The translations under genes and the position numbers were made by a program. The notes under the pieces are model-generated. The model was given only the letters and a program-made list of their open reading frames with translations, did not search any database and was not told the DNA's origin. Positions 62,202 through 64,000 of a stretch of DNA of 64,000 bases are shown here, one piece after another. The number at the start of each line of letters is the position of its first letter. The first letter of the stretch is position 1. This DNA comes from Corallochytrium limacisporum Hawaii. Taxonomy: Eukaryota > Protista > Pluriformea. Location: NCBI GenBank assembly GCA_002811645.1, contig PDIP01000001.1, positions 124,001-188,000 on the forward strand, given 5' to 3'.

Positions 62202-63662
62202 ATGGGCGTGATCAGGCTTTTACTACTCATTTTTCTTGTGTGCTTTTCCGTCTTCGTCGCACTCTATTGGGGTTTTATTGCTTATATCGGAGCCGGATAT
62301 ACTGCAAAGGTTGGATGTAGCGGATACTTTGTTGGCAAGAGACCATACGATCACATCCGTGCAAACGAGTTCCGAGTTTTAGGAGTCCACAGTGTTGACG
62401 TCATTGATGACATCGCAAAAACTTTCACATCGACAAGCTTTTGGGGATTGGGTAAAACTCGCACTGCAAGATATGTGAATGAGTACTACGGTTGTACTCT
62501 TGGTGACGAAGAGTTGGTCCAGAAACTGCGGGCTGTTCCGGTACCCCCCACTGATCCTAAGTACGATGAAATTGAATGGCCAGCCGGAAACAAGGTTACA
62601 CCAAACAGTGATCCCAAGTATGAAGCACTTCGCCAGGTTTTAAGAAAGTGGACAGAGCACGACGAAGAAGGTCTCTTCCACCACTCCACCCGTGCCGTGG
62701 TGGTCGTACACAAAGGCAAGATTGTTGCAGAGTCGTACCAAAAGGACATTACTCCCCAGACCCGTTTGATTGGATGGAGCATGACCAAGAGCTTGCTTCA
62801 GTTGATGGTAGGTAATTCCATTTTACAGGGCAAATTGAGCCTTGACGATCCCAGCTTTTCTTCCCCTCGCAAGGCCCATATGGGCGATGGCAAAGATCTC
62901 AATGTGAAGATACGTCATCTGCTCAATCATCATTCCGGCTTCAACTATGACGAAGGAATACTTCCGTGGGGCGATACTGCTGTGATGCTCTTTGGTCAGG
63001 ACGACGTGGGTCATTTCTGTAGCCGTGTTGCTGGATTCCGTCCCCCGAAAGCCGATGTTACCAAGCGCTTCGCATACTCGTCTTGTAGCACTAATGTGGT
63101 TAGCGTCGATATTCGCCGCGGCCTACAGGAAGAGTATGGCAAGGAACAAGGTGATCAGGCCTACTGGCTGTGGCCATTCACATTTCTGCGGAGTTTGGGT
63201 ATGGACTCTGCCGTGGTTGAAATGGATCAGGCCGGAAATTTTGCTGGGAGTGGCTTCTCCTTTGCCACCCCTCGCGACTACGCAAAGATGGGTTATTTAA
63301 TGGCGAAGAATGGAATCAGTCCTCGCACTGAAGAACGCATCATTCCCGAGGACTGGGTCGAGTATAGCACCACAGATGCCGGTGACCCTGATTTTTTGGG
63401 CCGCTACGGTGCCAGCTGGTGGAAGAAGACGTTCCAGGACAAATATGCGGATTGGGAGGAAAGCCGTGCCACCGAGTGGCAGAAGTCTGTCCCCGATGAT
63501 ACATTCTGGGCCGCCGGCTTCGAAGGCCAATTTACCTTTGTCAACAACAGGCTTGATCTCGTGGTTGTGCGCATGGGTAGCACTCTAATTATGCCTCTCG
63601 CTGATACTGGCAAGCTCTGGCAAGAGATACTTGAAGCGCTGGGCCCCGTATTGGAGGAGTAA
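62202..63662 (+). CDS. Beta-lactamase-family (AmpC/NylB-like) serine hydrolase with N-terminal anchor
   Basis: SxxK in GWSMTKS, LLNHHSG, FAYSS, ATPRDYAKMG, YGASWW, WAAGFEGQ, LDLVVVRMG. Confidence 0.92.
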   Translation: MGVIRLLLLIFLVCFSVFVALYWGFIAYIGAGYTAKVGCSGYFVGKRPYDHIRANEFRVLGVHSVDVIDDIAKTFTSTSFWGLGKTRTARYVNEYYGCTLGDEELVQKLRAVPVPPTDPKYDEIEWPAGNKVTPNSDPKYEALRQVLRKWTEHDEEGLFHHSTRAVVVVHKGKIVAESYQKDITPQTRLIGWSMTKSLLQLMVGNSILQGKLSLDDPSFSSPRKAHMGDGKDLNVKIRHLLNHHSGFNYDEGILPWGDTAVMLFGQDDVGHFCSRVAGFRPPKADVTKRFAYSSCSTNVVSVDIRRGLQEEYGKEQGDQAYWLWPFTFLRSLGMDSAVVEMDQAGNFAGSGFSFATPRDYAKMGYLMAKNGISPRTEERIIPEDWVEYSTTDAGDPDFLGRYGASWWKKTFQDKYADWEESRATEWQKSVPDDTFWAAGFEGQFTFVNNRLDLVVVRMGSTLIMPLADTGKLWQEILEALGPVLEE

Positions 63663-64000
63663 ATGAGAGACCCCCTTCCCCCCCTCCCCCTGAGTGGGGA
63701 TTTGGGCGCCAAATGTTTGAGCTGGGGATGTGTCTCACCAACTCCAGTCATAGTGTCGGTGTTTTGTCAGTGAAGCATTAAAGCAACCTACTTTGGAATA
63801 CATTGTTCTTCGCCTGATGTAATGGAAAACATAAGCTCCCTCGGAACTGGATACGAATGAGGCATCAGCCTGCATACGATGACCGCAATGTATATACTAT
63901 GGTCCCGCGGTCATGACGATAATTTGGAATCGTCTTCCCTTGCTCTCCCGGGCAAAGACGATTGAAGTGATACGAGTCCACCAGATAAGCACTTTGAGGC

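Noticed and set aside
1-64000. Prokaryotic features (operons, CRISPR, IS elements) and intact transposons
   Set aside because: Gene content is eukaryotic. No spaced direct repeats, transposase or reverse-transcriptase motifs, or terminal repeats were seen.

Overview
Gene-dense, almost intron-free eukaryotic nuclear DNA. I call 27 protein-coding genes (about 41 kb of CDS) and can support only one intron inside a CDS. Genes in order: DUSP, CEP70-like, CDT2/DTL, SF3B3, a receptor tyrosine kinase, CHMP5, TOM70, a small orphan, MetRS, GT64/EXTL2-like, PSMD3, EPC, an LRR protein, DnaJ, ATG13, a CHCH protein, S1P lyase, PEX10, SIW14, an inactive myotubularin, PPM1K, myosin V, RPF2, Kizuna-like, ATP11, DDX47, and a bacterial-type beta-lactamase-family hydrolase. 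A true receptor tyrosine kinase and a WHEP-bearing MetRS, together with SIW14 (absent from animals) and extreme intron loss, point to a unicellular holozoan. Corallochytrium limacisporum is my best guess, but this is inference only. All family calls come from remembered motifs, not database searches. No tRNA, rRNA, CRISPR array or intact mobile element was recognised; there are three assembly gaps. Best leads: (1) a strongly base-paired ~113-nt element inside a candidate first intron of RPF2, possibly a regulatory RNA or 5S-like mimic; (2) an RTK with a ricin-type lectin-like ectodomain; (3) an animal-style E2F/CHR/CCAAT promoter upstream of CDT2; (4) the sole coding intron splitting a catalytic Cys codon; (5) centriole-associated genes; (6) two enzymes of bacterial flavour.
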